From Octopus sinensis (Eukaryota), in assembly GCF_006345805.1 (NCBI RefSeq), contig NC_043009.1, positions 14,694,001 through 14,758,000 on the forward strand: a stretch of DNA of 64,000 nucleotides, in the 5' to 3' direction. Within the stretch, counting starts at the first letter, position 1. Each line of letters opens with the position of its first letter. Of this stretch, positions 37,577 through 53,300 are shown piece after piece. A model generated the notes under the pieces. That model was not told the origin of the DNA and made no database searches. It was given only the letters and a program-made list of their open reading frames with translations. Made by a program: the position numbers and the translations under genes.

Positions 37577-39086
37577 GAAATACACACACAGAGAGGTACA
37601 CACACATGCATACATGCACCATCCTCCCGCACACACATACACGCATGCACGCACACATGCACAGATATCAATTGCTAGTAAGGCCGCAGTACTTTATTTT
37701 GCAACCATGATATACTCCCACGTATATGAAAGGTTTACAAGTAAATACTGTGCCTTACATTTGTGTTAGCGTAACATTTGAACAACATCTTCGACACAAT
37801 ATGTTAGTTGTTCTCAGTTCTAATGCTATCTCTACAGATTTTCTATAGAATTCAGAACAAGCAATGACAATTCCATTTCGTATACAAATGCATATATGTT
37901 AACAATACCATCGAAGATGAAAAAAATAGTAAGGGCTCTCGCATATACATCTATTACGTATATATCCCTGCCAGCAAGTAATACTTATGTACCAGCTGCC
38001 AGGAAGGTGTTTAATACATAAATTAGTATATCCAATAATGTTATACTACCAAATATATTGAATATTTAAGCAATACGTTCATAGAAATATTCGTGTAGAA
38101 CAGGTGACAAGACACTAAAAAAGAAGCCCTTCATTCCTCAATTTCTCAAATTAGCTTCGAAGTTAGCAAAGTATTTGGTTACAACATACGAAAATAAGTT
38201 TTCGTTGTATATTAACAAATCATCTGCCTAGGTGGAGTTATCGATCACGTTTAAGTCTGAACATATGTCGAGTCCTATAATTATTTCGCTGGGGAATCAT
38301 TTGATCTGCAGTAACATAAGAGTAGTTGCTCGTGATTTGAGAGTGTTCTAATTTTCAATCACAATGTTTATTGTTTAGTACAATTTTACGTCAAATGCCT
38401 TAAATTCAATTCATGTTTAAACCTTTCAGTCAGATTCTCAGAATGAAGAAAAGGATATGTTTGATTTCTAGCTTCAAAGTAGAAACATAATAGAAATGGT
38501 GTGTGTGGTAAATAGATAAGGTATCATATATATATATATATAATATAATATAATATATATATTTTTTTTTGTTAGAATACGTAAGAAAAAGAAACGAGAA
38601 ATTCTGTGGCATGCTTTTCAAAGTGAAAAACTGGGAAGATTTTTTTTGGGGGGGGGGGGGTTTAAGGAGAGAAACTACTCTGGCTCTGACAACCGTACAT
38701 GTGTGGATATTTCATACGAACTTGCATAATAAAATAGCAACAGTGCAATACTAAAAGAAATAGTGTTATATATTGTTCCCGAAAATGACAGTGCCTTTGC
38801 TACGAAATGTCGGGAACAACAGTGTGAGAAAAAGCCGTCTCATATTTACAGAACATGAATCTAATATACGTATAACTAGAATTGCTTAACTATATTTTAG
38901 ATAACTATTGTTTAACACAAAATTCTTCGATTTTGTATTCAACAGTTGCCAGTGATAGAACTATATTGGTTTATATAAACGCATTCGTTTGCTTCCAGTG
39001 AACTTTGTAGATGTAACTATTCACACAGAAGTGAATTAACATAACTATCATCTCACTCTCTATCTAATTATCTCTATCACTCTCGC

Positions 39087-39121
<35 letters not shown>

Positions 39122-39614
39122 TAGAATACAAAATACTGTAAGTTTTCCAAATATTAATAATGTCGATGATAAAAGATAAAGTCAGTTTGCAAAAGTCAGT
39201 TGCAAAAAATTTTATAAATGAAACAGTGAATTATTTCTGGAATTAAATATATATTCTGTTATGTTGCTGCTTAATACAAAATTATATTTAAAGCAAAGAG
39301 GTTTCATAAAAAGACGTTTATTATTATAATTAATGGTTGTGTTTGAGTTTTAACCAAACGTATATTGGCAAACTAGCGTCTAACGTATAAATCATTATTT
39401 AAGAATATTGAAAGCGAAAGGAAAATAAAGATATATCATAAAATGATATCTTTCGAACTAAAATAAAACATTTTTTTTTTGTTGCTACTTATAATCGGTT
39501 TAGAAAATATCTTGTCAAATAATTCATTTTTAAAATGTAATTATTTAAGGTAAAAATGTTGTAAATATATGAAATTGGAAAAAAATCGATACGCAGATTC
39601 ACGCACACACGCAA

Positions 39615-39650
<36 letters not shown>

Positions 39651-40329
39651 GGGTTGTATATGTATACAAACTTGGAAGAAAGCTTATAAATGAGATGAAA
39701 ATCATGTAAATATATTTTTCACGTGATTTCTAGTGTGCCTTTTCAATTGAATATATTGTATCGTTAGAAGCAGTATTAAATACTTACTTTAATGATTACT
39801 CCTTTAATGATTTATACTTCTTTACGCATTTTAGGAATCTGAAAACGCAGATGTATTCGACATGTCAATGAATTCTATATTAGTCTGCCTACATATGCGA
39901 TCTTGTTAATCTATATATAAGGGACTGATTAAAAATTAACCTGGTAATTTAGTATCGGCTTGTATAGAGACGAAATATTATCTGTATCGCTCAGTTCCAT
40001 GATCAGACTTCAGGCAAAATCAGTTCCGTTGACTCGCCGCTCAAATAACTGTAAGTAACAAATGAATGTCAAATTCTTAGACGTATCACTGACTCTAGAA
40101 TCAGGGACTTATGTTTAACGTAAACCAAATTATTATAGAAACTAAATGACTTTAGGAGCCTTATCTCTGCCCCGCGATAGAATATTTAGGGTGATAATTT
40201 GGTACAGCGCATGAACAGAGTAACAACTTTAGCATTAGACCAAAAAGATAATCCGATGCACACAATCATTGTTTTATAATGTTAAGGCAAGTAGAGATAT
40301 AATCTATTCTTAGTTCTAGATTAGAATTC

Positions 40330-40495
40330 TCAGGCGCAGGCACGGCTGTGTTATAAGAAGCTTTTTTCTAATCACATTCGTTTGGGTGCAGTCTCATTAC
40401 TTGGCAACTTGGGCAAGTGTTGTCTACTCTTGCTTCGTGTCAATCATTACCTTCTCAGTGGATTTCATTGAGGGGATGCTGAAATGAGCCCGTTG
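40330..40495 (+). mobile_element. Diverged SINE 5' half (family of 6065-6510)
   Basis: CAGGCGCAGGCACGGCTGTG...ACTTGGGCAAGTG...CTGAAATGAGCCCGT, then microsatellite. Confidence 0.65.
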
Positions 40496-40496
40496 T

Positions 40497-40556
<60 letters not shown>

Positions 40557-40569
40557 TATATATATATGA

Positions 40570-40608
<39 letters not shown>

Positions 40609-43600
40609 AGTTTGTGTAAGGTCGTCTGACAAGTTCGCGCGAGCAGTATGTTTTCCCTTCTGTCCGATTCTCTTGACTAACCGTTGAACGCCATTGCAAC
40701 TCAACTTAGATTATAATCCATTCAGGGCCAATAAAGATCGTACCTACCTACCTACCAGGCCGCTGAATTTTGCAAGTGTTACTACAACCATCTACCGGTT
40801 ACCCTTTTGCATATTTTTTTACATGGCTTGTGTTTTAACTGCAATGCCTGCAACACTATTCATATTTTACTGCATGAATTTTCTTTAAGAAAAAACAAAA
40901 ATGTTAAAACAGACAGGAAATTTGCATACTAAGCATTCACAAGCAAAACTTGCACTGCGCCTTGTACAAGATTTCTCATGTATAGAACTCAGATGCATAA
41001 CTGATGATCAATGGCATTAACACACGAAAACACACACATATGTTCAAATTATATCTTTGGTGAGTTAACTTGAGATTCTTTGAAGACACCGTGACCTTAA
41101 TATATTTAAGATGATGAGTAGCTTGCGGAGTAGCCCTCCTGGAATAATTATTAGTGCAGAGGTTCTGCTTCCTCGGAAACATAGGTAGCCTGGATTTTAC
41201 CTGCTCCACTCCCCCAATCTGGATTTGTTATTAACATTCATAGCGACTTAAGATGCTAACCGTGAGCAATACAACCTCTTTTCTATCTTATCAAACATCG
41301 ATATGGGTAAAGCCAACAGATATGGACACTAAAAAATGATTATTGTTGTTGAACCTTGATTTTTTTTAGTTACCATGGACTGCTCGAAGCTTACAAACTT
41401 CATACATTTAGACCAACAGACCTTATAATTTACAAACACACATACATCCCCACCAAATCTCCCACACACACGCATATATGATTGATAGAGTGGTAGATAG
41501 GTAATTGTATGTATGTATGTACGTATGCATATGTGTGTTTGTGTATGCATGTTATCACACATTTAAACCTCAAATGTATACAGTAAGACAAACTGATTGA
41601 TCTAATGCACACATACACTCACACATGTATATGAATGATATTTATCAGCATGAATTTTTGTGTGTATATGTCTGTGGGAAATTCGTGTTTATAAAAATCA
41701 ATTCATCTATTCATTTCTTGACACGAAAGTCATAATTTGTCTGGTGTAAGTAATATCGAAAGTGATTTACCATTCTCAAATTTAGATGAATATATCACAT
41801 TCAGTCATTCAGAATCTCGTTAATTCCTTTTATATACTTAATTTGGAAATATAACACATGAATATTAAGAATACAGCAGCAGGATAAATGTGTCAGCTTT
41901 AATGAAATATTAAACAGTTCTGATATACAGTTACACAGTTTATGTATTTTAAAGGTGTGTACATTAACTTCCAATTAACTCCGAAACCTGTGTCAATGTT
42001 GCACAATCATTTTCTGAAAGTTTCGTATTGTTTGCACGATATTTGATATTTATAATGATATTCTGAACGTATTACGTAATTGATAATTATTGGAAATTTT
42101 GTAAATTTGCTACCACATTTCATATGTAAACATAATAAACAAACTAGATCACGTTGCGAAATATTGCAAGTTGTTCTTGTATTTGATGATTTAAAATATG
42201 CTTTTCAATAGAAATTGCAAATTCTTCGAAGTTGCTTCAGTTCCGAGTTGAAATTATTTAAAAGCAATATCTTGAAACTGTGTACTAGATATTCTATGAA
42301 CAAACTGAATAAACGAGTCTAACAAACATGTATATATTTAGTTCTGCTGCAGATATGCATTCTATTAAACATAAATAAGGATAACTGTGTCTGATTTTGG
42401 CGCAATATTAATGAGGAAGTTTGTAAGAACGAAATATCAATACCACCCACAGAAGTACTTCACTGCTATATCTTTTTGACACATGGAATATGAAAAGCAT
42501 GGAGTTCGTCACCACGATTTGAATTCATGATATATAGGGACAGAATAACTAGGTTCACAAGAATAAAAAAAAGATAATTTCTTTTTATAAGTGTATAAAA
42601 TTGAAATGTAAAATAGCACAGTGTATTAAAAGTGACAGCTAACATCGACGACAAAAATATGAGTTGTTGTTTATAGCTCTGTTGTATTTTTCTCAGTTTC
42701 TGGAGTTCATTTAGGCAGCGTGACCACCAGGAATCGATATTGCTAGGAACATAGGTTCTAGGCCATATTTTTGTGCTATTACTTTCAAAACATTTCTTTT
42801 GGTACTTTTGATAAGACACCTTTTCACTATATTTGTGTCATCCAGAAGTCATTTAAATTGTATGTTTATTGTTCATTGATGTTCTACCTGACCACTTGTC
42901 ATTCCTAGAAAACTTTTTCGCAACTAAATACTGGTACTGTACCACAAAGTTCACAACCATCGAAGAGCATACATCGTTGCCAATATCTTGGGCTGTGACT
43001 CAGTGTTCATGTACAATATGCGTACATAACAACTTGGTCGGCCTGTTCGTCGAACACTTTTATTGAAATACCAAAGCATGAAATATAGTCTTACATTTTT
43101 AATTTTTCCTAGGGGTGTATTAGAAAATTTAAAGCGATATAAAAATATTAAAGACAGATTAAATGTAAAAATGTGTTAAAACGCAAAATGCGAACGGTTA
43201 AAGAATTAGAAGCATACCATTAAAGATGGTGCCATTCGGATATTCGTGTACCTTTTGGCCCGTGAGACTCAACTTTCTTCAGCACGACTTACCGAGACGA
43301 AACCATTGAAAACATGCCACACTGATCTCTGGCGGCGTTAATTTTATAGCAATTTGATGCTATTTCATACTTGTAACCGTCTACATTATTGTTGCTTTTA
43401 TTATCAATATATTATATTTACTGCAGATAATATTAATAAGATTTTTTACGAATATTCACATCTGACTCCTTATTAATAATAACTATACATTCAGCCAAAT
43501 TATAAAGACAAGTATGTGATTAGACAAATATGTGTCATAGCTATTACAAAATAAGCAAATTAACTAAAAGTTAGAAAATTAATTTAAATGCAATCAAAGA

Positions 43601-46600
43601 AATCACATAATCTGATGAGATCCATTCCTTTCAATAGTAAGTAAACTGCTGAGTTACACCATACAGTAATTAAGGGAAATATAACAGAATGTTACAGAAA
43701 ATGAAAACAAACATAGAAGATACTTATTAGTAGAATCAGTAGTATAAAGCGTGATATCAAGGAACTAAACTGTAAATAAACTGATGCATTATTTTAAGTT
43801 CAAACATAAAAATGGAAAGCAAGGGACTAGCAGTGCACTTCAAAGCTGATGTAATTAGACTGCAAAAGGAGACAGTGCAAATGAAAGTTATAATTCTACA
43901 ATAAAGTGAAAAAGAATAGAGTAAACAATAAATACTTATAAGAAAGAAAAGAATATTATTAGCCTGATAAACATACGTGAAGGAAACGAAAATGTGTATG
44001 TTTATATAAGGAGGTAATGAAGTATAAACCGGAAGGTAACAATACAGAAGAAAAAAGTATTTGTATATAAACAAAAGAGCTGAATAAGTTAATGAAAACC
44101 AGAAGTAATCAAGACGTAATTCCAAAATAAGTTGATGCAGATATATATATAAAAAAAAAAACATCACTTTATATTCAGGAGCACAAATAATACGGTAGCG
44201 GAGAAATGTGTGTGAAAGATGAGTGACAACAAATGTGCATAAGCTCTAGGCTAAAACCAAAAATGAAAGTCCGATTTAGCTGTAGATTGAAAGTGCTCGT
44301 TCAGAAATAATTACAAAACGAAATCAGAAAAAAAAATCAGTTTAACATGAAATGAAAATTATGCAATCGATGCAAGAAGATGACTTACAGTATCATAACA
44401 GGTCGAATGTTCTCAGCTATACCGCGAATATAGTCGCAGAAATGATCTGTCTGACAGCTACATCCTCAGGACAACATGTGGAAGCTTCAACACGGAAAGG
44501 GATGACGGTATATGAAACCAGCAGTATATGACAACGATCTAACAGCAATCCTTTGTACTATGACTGTCAAAAGTTTCAATGTATAACTGCTAAAACTCCG
44601 GATGCGATACCTGAGGACAGAAACAGTAGCGCCTCTTCCCTGATAGGTATATTGTTCATTTATGACAGCAGAAATGTAGCAAAGGCGACGGAGAAACTGC
44701 CAAACCTCAGCTTAAAATGAGTATGAAATTGAAAACGCGAACAAAATTATAGGGAAAACAAAGTATATGAAGACTATATAAACAATACCAAAGCTGACAT
44801 TTTCGTACTGTATCCAAAGCACAGGCCTGTTAGGAACAGGTAGCAATGTACAAGAAGTCACATTGCATTCCACTGTACAACTCATATAATTCAATCACTG
44901 CATATAATACACATCACACAATTACTACACAGTCAGCACAATCGCACTTCATGTTGCCCAAATCAATACTACAACTACTCAACATGTACTCTAGTAAATC
45001 ACAACCAATCGATATCGCACGACACAAAGCCTACATAATCATCGCCCAACACAATAAAGGAAGTGATCTTTCATAACTGATACCCAAAATTATAGAGATC
45101 ACCGATATCTTACATTTCGGTAAAGCCTTAACATTCATGAATATGAGAATGTAAGTTCTGTAATAATTGAATAATTACAATAAATATGAGTTCACTTCAA
45201 ATACCAGTGAAAGGACACCCCATGATAAAGTGAAAACTTTCGGTGAAATAACATCGAAAATAAACTTTAAAAATCACAATCATGGCTAATTTAAAGAAAA
45301 CAAATACAGCAGCAGGATAAATTGCAGGATAAATGCGCAGCAATTTCACCAGCGAAATGAAAGAACATATGCAACAGCCACATTTGTTATAAAGGAAAAT
45401 GGTTAATTCCTCAAAATTGTTAATACATGACGTCAACTCCTTATTGAATACGTCTATTTTTAAACACATAAGGTATTGTTTCAAGAACAACATCATCGTA
45501 GCTGTGTGTCCCATCGAAGAATCGTGACTGCTCACAGCTATATTGTACCATCTTTAGGTTCACATGAGTGCAAAACTACGAAAATGAAGGTATGTAACCG
45601 TTGCAGATGCTCACCATTTCTGAATCAATCTAATGCTGCTGATAAAGTTTGTTAAGAATAAATGGTTCTAAATTGTTCCTGTGCACGAAATTGATAAAAG
45701 GCAAGGAAGTGTGCTCTGAACTACATTCATATTTTTTTATGCTTTAATTTTTCTCATGAGCATCCAGCAACGCGTGAGACGATAAGAAACTGAAAAATCA
45801 TGAAAAATTATGAGACGAACAGGAAGTACATTACTTTCAAATTATTCCCACTGCCTACTTGTTTACCAACTTGAACATTTCTATATTTCAGTAAAACAGG
45901 AAAACATAAACGCAAGAAGAGAGCATGTAAAACGAATGTTCAAAAACAGAATGTTAAAAATTCAATAACGAAAACACACAACTGCTAAAAGTATGAGACG
46001 TAAAGAAATAGAAACCCGGCAACAGTTAAAAAGAAGTACCCCAAATCAAAGGGCGTTTGAAATAGGAGATTTTCATGAAATCGGAAAGAATCAAGCAGTA
46101 TGAAGAATGAATCTTTGAAGAAAACAAATATTTCGTCACCAACCCCAAATGATTTTATCAGCTAGGTAAAAGTAAAATAGAAATCAATGCAACTTTAATA
46201 TCAAGTGAAGTATAAATTCTGCGGTTGATTCAATCAATTACTTCGCTTCCGAAATCCTTTGTAAATTAAGAAGACTCACACTATGTTAGATAAGAACAAA
46301 AGAGAAATCAGATGAGGTAGATCAAACACGGACAAATGAATAGAAATCAAGCAAATTGACACAAGTACAGCATGCATGAAAGAGAATGTTAGGAAAGAAT
46401 ATAAATGCATTAAATTGGAACTTAAAACAGAGCTAACTGAAAAGAATAAGATAATCAATACGCTAGCCGTTCAAGTAACAGAAAAACAACAACAGAAAGT
46501 TATAGTTATAATATTCTGAACTTGACGCTAAACTAATGTGCAAGACGAAAGAGAAAATAAAAAGAAAAACTGTATTGAAAATACGCCACACTATATAAGT

Positions 46601-49600
46601 CATGGAAAGTGTATGTTTATCACGAATACAGGATAGAAATAGAATGCAACTAATAAAACTAATAAATTGTAAAAATAACAATCATCTACAGTACAAGAGA
46701 AATACATACAAAGGTAGAAAAATTAGAAATAGCTACAAAAATGAAAGAAACCCCAAACCCGAAGGATATAAACCGTCAACGTTATGCAATGGAACAGAAT
46801 AATAACTGCAGTACATAGTTGGGAGAAAAAAGTGTACTGTCTCTACATGTCTTGTCTGAGATAAGTAATGTTAGTTGAACGTAAGCAATATTGATGGTAC
46901 TATCGTACACTGGATATTGCGCAATTTATAACCAACCAAATGTCGTTTTACATTGCGATAATGCAATTCTGGAGGATGAAACAAAAAGCGGCTGCGTTAT
47001 CACAGTCACCATTATTCGGGTCGTCCCAATCGAGTGCTTTTGACATACAGTGAAGTTGGGACATCGTAGCTCTAAGACAACAGACCCGTTCGTTAAATTC
47101 ATTCAGTATCGTCTGTTGGTTAGATTTTTCTCATTTTAGTCTATTGGATATTTTTCTTATTTAGTGTGTTATTCGATAAATTTACCACGGATCTAAATGT
47201 CTAAATATTTGGACACCGTTGTGGTTTTGTTCTGTAGCTATTTCTGATGTTTCCGAGAAGTCTGTTGCTGTTTACACTGCTATCTTTGATGGGATTGTTC
47301 TTGATGGCAGAGCTTCCTTCGTTGTTTTTTTCCATTTCCCCACTAATGATGCTGTTGCTGTTGTTGTAATTGGTGTTGCATTTCTTGCATCTGATGCTTC
47401 TCTCATTCTGGCTACGTTCAGACGCCGTAGCTGTTGCTGCATAATCGTCGATGTTTTTAATATCTAGTGTTCTGCACATTTGAGCATCGCTTTCATAGTT
47501 CAATTTCCGTTTTGTTTTATTTAAGCAATAGGCAGTCAATGCCTCCCAAGCAGCTTTTCAAGTAAATTTCAGCTTGTTCAGACGATATATGAACCAGTTT
47601 ATATTTTTTCAGTGTCATGCATCTCTAAATCAGTTATTTTTTTCTGATTGGTTCAAAAGCTGCACTGTATATAACATTCATCCTTCTCGTAGTCTTTTTA
47701 TGAGTTATTCTGCTTCATCCAGGTCCTGCTGTTTTTTGGTGTGTTTTTTTTTTTATATCTGTTCAATGGAACTAAATTAAAAGTTTCTGCAGGACCAGCA
47801 AATGACGTGTTACTGGTATAGATGATTACTAGTGACGCGGTAATAATTACTAATACTGCAGCTTTTGTCAGGAGCGGTTTGTGGTGGGCGTCAAATGTAC
47901 CATCCAACTGGTGATTTTTTAGGCGTCATTGGCGATTTTCTAGCTGGTTGTCTCCATTATTTCAACAGAGTTCTGCTGGTTGTGGTGTCTGGGTGTTGTC
48001 GTTGTGGTAGTAATTGTTCTTCTTACTGCTACAGTTGATGTTGCTGCTGTTGAATTTGCCACAAATGATGCTGCAACAGCTGTTGCTGATTACCACCTCT
48101 GTGATATCATGTAATGGGAGTTATAGGCTGCAAACGTCAGATCCATCTTCAAAATGATCTCTCACTTTCCCTTGCTGGCAACCCGTAAGGACGGAGCCAT
48201 TTTTACTATCATTCTACAATTAGTAAGTGCATAATTCTCTCTACCACGGGAACCATTCCGGTAGCTTTCATTCGTTACTATTTTAGTGCGCGAACCCAAT
48301 CCGCGACAACGTAGTCTTCGTGTTTCGCATTGCACAAATGATCGAGGATCATTCTTGAAAGTATCATCTTCATCGCGATGCCACATCTAATTGTATTTTC
48401 TACTTTACTAAATATCTTCTCCTCTAATCTATTTCTCTCTATCCGTTGCTCTTTACTAAAACTAATATTTCATTGCCCTTGTCAACGTCTCAACCACAAG
48501 TTATTTACTATTTCCTCTGTCAAATGCCGATTAACTATGTCGCTAATTCGGTCTCTTTAGTCGTTTACCCTCACAAAAGACGCACACAACTGAAGTGACC
48601 GAATTTCCATCTAGAGGTCCTTTCTAAGGCGTCTGTGATGGACAGGGATTCTTCAAGTGACTCTGTCTGCTAACCTAACGAATACTCTCAGTACAATCTA
48701 GAAACTCTATCTTGTTTGTTCCAAGTGTATATTGGAAAATTACGTCGGTGACTGAAAGACAATCAGAAAATCTGAGCATATTTTTGAGGCATTTGCATTA
48801 TCTTCTCTGGTTTAATTCTACAGAACCTAAACGTGCTTCCAAAATACCATTCCAATTCTCTAATATTGCTAAAGAGCTGGTTATCCTTCGGCAGGTTTCT
48901 AGTGTAGCCGTTCAGTGCCTTTATAGACAGGTATATCTAGTACCTCCATTAAATCTTATTCTCTTCGGTAAAGCACTGCTACTCTACCGGTACATTTCTT
49001 CAGATCACAAGATGCGTATTTCGTGTAGTTTAACAATAAGAATAATAACAACAACCACATCAACAAAAACAATAACAACAACAACATAAAAAACCACAAC
49101 AACAACGGTTACGGCGACGACAACGACGACGATGATGATGATGATAATGTTGATGACGATGATGATGATAATAATGCCCTGGTGCAGTACCAAGAACTGT
49201 ATTTTATGCCTTCTGATCTTAACAGATTGGAAGTGCTATCATGTATCAGGTCATACCTTAAGTTCTGTCCGAATTATGAATAAATAAAACAAATGAACAA
49301 ATGTTATATTTAACTGAAATTTAATATTGTAATCAAATGATAGTTCCGATTCACCAATGTACATACATCTAAGATTCTGATCGCATTTACAGATAAGATG
49401 AAATCAAATCAATCCACTGGTGGAAGAAACCAGCGTTCCATTATATAACATGCTGCATATGTGAATATTCCATGCAGAAACAACATACTTACAGATAGGG
49501 AAATAGCCACTCAAAGGAGTTAGAATATCTTTGCTCACAAAATGATAATAAATTTTATCCATTCTCAAATATAAAGTGAGAAAATATTTTCGTGGAATTA

Positions 49601-49629
49601 TCAGGAGAGTTGTTTATAAATGCCAATAT

Positions 49630-49825
<196 letters not shown>

Positions 49826-50375
49826 TAAGAACAAGCAGAACAGCCACAGCCACAATAAAATCTTAATAGTCTCCACCAGAAATATAATAACAGGGAAAAT
49901 CTGTTTATAAAAAAAATCCAGTCAAAGCCCCCAATAGAATTATATGGCCACTTCCTTAGAAATATTATCCACGAGACTGACAGTTGCTGGGAATTCAGAG
50001 ATTACGCATGGCAGCAGCAGTAGTAGTTCTACTTCATCCTTCAATTTCTTCAATCCACTATTGAAATTATTTGCTCATTGAATAGAGGATTTTTTTATCA
50101 CTAAAATATTTCTCCACGCGGAGTTGAATAATTTAGCATGTATGCAGATTATCATTTAAAACAGTAATTATTCAAAATTAGGTGAAGTAATTTTCCAGAA
50201 AATAGGTTTCTGAATATTTAAACAGGAATATTTTGGGGACTAGTAAATACCCATGACGAAATTGAAAATACCATTCTAAGTCCGTTCAAATCTGAAATTG
50301 TAGGCCACTGGGGATGTATGAATGTACACTTGAGGAAATGCGAAGAAAATCTTTTGTATGTATATGTATATATAT

Positions 50376-53300
50376 ATATGGAAAAGAGTGAAGATAGAAA
50401 ATGCTAAAATCATTTTATAAAAAACATTTCAGTGCCGGTTTCAGTCATTGAGATTTATTCAACTGTAACAATTGAACAATTACATTTAGAAAAGTTAAAA
50501 GAAAAGTCTTTTTTATAAGAATATTTGTATAATATTCAAATATAAGTGGCATCTTCCTTGTTTGTGCCTGTATCTGTCTCTCTTGTTTACTCTTGTGGGC
50601 TCGAGGTCGTTGTGAATTCTTAATTGGGAGGGAAATGAAGAAAAAGAAGATGAAGGAGTAGGAGAAGAAGAAGAAGAAGAAGAAGAAGAAGAAAAGGAAG
50701 AAGAAATAGAAGAAGGAGAAGAAGAAGGAGAAGAAGAAGACGAAGAATGTGGGAGTGGTGCCATGGCAGTAATTTGTTGAATGGTCAACTGCGCTGATCC
50801 ACAGCTGATGGTAGCAGTCGCTGTTCAATTCATGGAAATATTTCTTTTGAATGTTTTGTTCATGAAATTTGCGTAGGTGTTATTTTAAACATCATTATTG
50901 ATAAAGTTAGGAAGGAGAACGAAGGAGAGGAAGAAGAAGAAGAAAAAGAAGAGGAAAGAGAAGGGAGAATAGGAAAGAATGTAGTGTCAAAGTAGTAAGG
51001 TGTTAAATGTTTAAATGACTTAAAATTGCCACGTTATGGATTATAGCAGTGATTTGGACTGCTTTTTAATGAATACTTAGGAATCTCTTAAGTGTATAAT
51101 TTTTAATATTTGTGTGTGTATGTGTTATTCTTAGGCTGGGGGTGGGAAATATGTCGTTTGTGAGAAGGGGCCTGTATTTTGTAATAAAGCGTGTCTCTTT
51201 ACTAATTCGTTGGCTCCAGGTTGTATCGTTCCTGAATTGGTAGAGGGGAAAATTCCAAAGCTTGGATTTTTGTTATTGGCGCAAATGTCTGGCTGAATGC
51301 TATTTTTCTGTTTTGGGGAATTTTTATCTGGGATCTGTGCAGGGCCATTCTTTTACGTAGAATGTTTTTTGTTCGGCCTATGTATTGCTCTTGACACCCA
51401 AAGTAGGTTAATGTGTGTATCAGGTTCTCTGAAGCACATATGAAGTTGCTTTTCACTGTGAAACGTTGTCTCTGTTTGAAGGAGAAACCTGATCCCTCAA
51501 TTAGATAATCGCATATCCCACAATTGGGTCTTCCACATTTTTTACTGGCGGCTTCTGTGTTGTTGAGCGTATTGGGGCTTGTGTTAGGAGACTTTTCATA
51601 GATTTAGGCAGTCTCATGCTTTTTATGATGGTGTGTGTTTGGAGGATTACGTTCTTTCAGTGGTCCTCTTTTAGCAGGGGTATGCTTTGGAGGATGGTGT
51701 CGAAGGCTTCATTGTTGAGAGGGTTGTGTGTGGAGATGTATGGTAAGGCTTTTGGTCGAAAATTTTTCTTTAATTTGGGATGTCTTTGTTCTTGGATGTT
51801 GAATGGCACGTTGAAAGCATATGTCAATTAGTGAAGGTGGGTAGTTCCTGGTGATGAATGTATCTTTTAGATCATGTAGTCAGGTGTCTCTAGTGTTTGC
51901 ATTAGAAACTATTGTACATATCCTTTTTGCTAGGTTGAAGGTGATATTCCTTCTGGTGTGTCTGGGGTGGCATGAATTGAATGGTAGATATTGCTTGGAA
52001 TCCGTAGGCTTATAGTATACATCTGCTTCGATTACGTTGTTAGATTTCTTAATGAGGATGTCGAGGAAGGGGAGTTCTTGCCGGCTATATTCCATCGTGA
52101 ATTGAATGTTTACGTCAAGTCCATTTAAAAGTGCTTGGAATTCTTCAAGTTTCTCTATATTTTCATGCCAAAGAATGAAACAGTCATCAAGATATCTCTT
52201 CCAGTTACTTTCTATGTAGAGAGAGAAAGGGCTGCCGTATCTTTGTAGAACCTTACGATAAAGACTAATTTCTAGATATCCCATGATTAGGTTAGCAACG
52301 GATGGGGGCCATTCGCGTACCCATCGCAGTCCCCGATTTTTGTCGGTAGAAGTTGTCTTTGAAGGCGAAGTAGCTATTTTCCAAGATAAATTTTAGCTCT
52401 TCTACCACGAATTCCTTTTTGATGCGATGTGACAGTTCGTTGGCGTAATTCTTTAGCCAGAATTAAATTGAACCTATTCCTAGGTTGTGGGGGATATTGG
52501 AATAGGGGTTGACTACATCGAAGGATACTAGTAGGATGTTTTTGGTTATTGTTTTAGGAAGGTGATTGAGAATATCGTCCCTTATATAGCTTTTGACATG
52601 GTAGAGGAATGGTTTTAAGAAAGTATCTAAAAAGTTAGAGGCGCTGGGTTTCGCTTGCAGGACCTGCTATTATAGGTCTCAATTTGAGGTCATTAGGAGT
52701 AGGGACTTTATTTTGTCTGTGGCTATCTTGCATGCGTTACGTATTTTCTCACTTTTTTATATCTTGGGAATACCGTAGAATTGGCTGGTTTTACTTTTGA
52801 AATTGGTCATGTAGTCATATTCTTTGTCGGCGAGCCCTTCTTTGTATAGCTTTAACAAGGATTTTAGTTCTCTCATTATTTTTTGCTGACTGTAGTTTTG
52901 GGCCTTTTCATAATATGTTGTGTTTTCCTACATTGATAGTACTAAAGTTATATAGAATAATGTGTCCATTAAGACAACTGCACTCCCTTTATCGGCCTCT
53001 TTGATTGTTATTGTTTTGTCATTTTTTTTATTTGTTCAGCTCAGCCCATTCTTTTTTGTTGAAGTTTGGTTAGTGTTTTTTTTTTGTGCATATGTTGATA
53101 TGGGTAATTCGAGATGTGTTCACAGAAATAATCAATTGTTTTGTTCTTAACTTTTGAGGGGTGTAGTTACTCCTATTTCGGACCAACGATTCGTCCTCGT
53201 TGTATTTGTCGTATAGTTCCTCAGCAAGTCGTAATTTTCTACAGAATTCTGCGATTTCTTCTTTCATTTCATTGTAGTCGGGGTGTTGTGGGGTGGGTGT

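Noticed and set aside
42690-43070. Possible LTR integrase trace (SGQVEH) on the minus strand
   Set aside because: One short motif only; no supporting DDE context.
47201-47539. 112-aa ORF with CKKC
   Set aside because: No recognisable domain or splice evidence; low-complexity Asn/Ser content.
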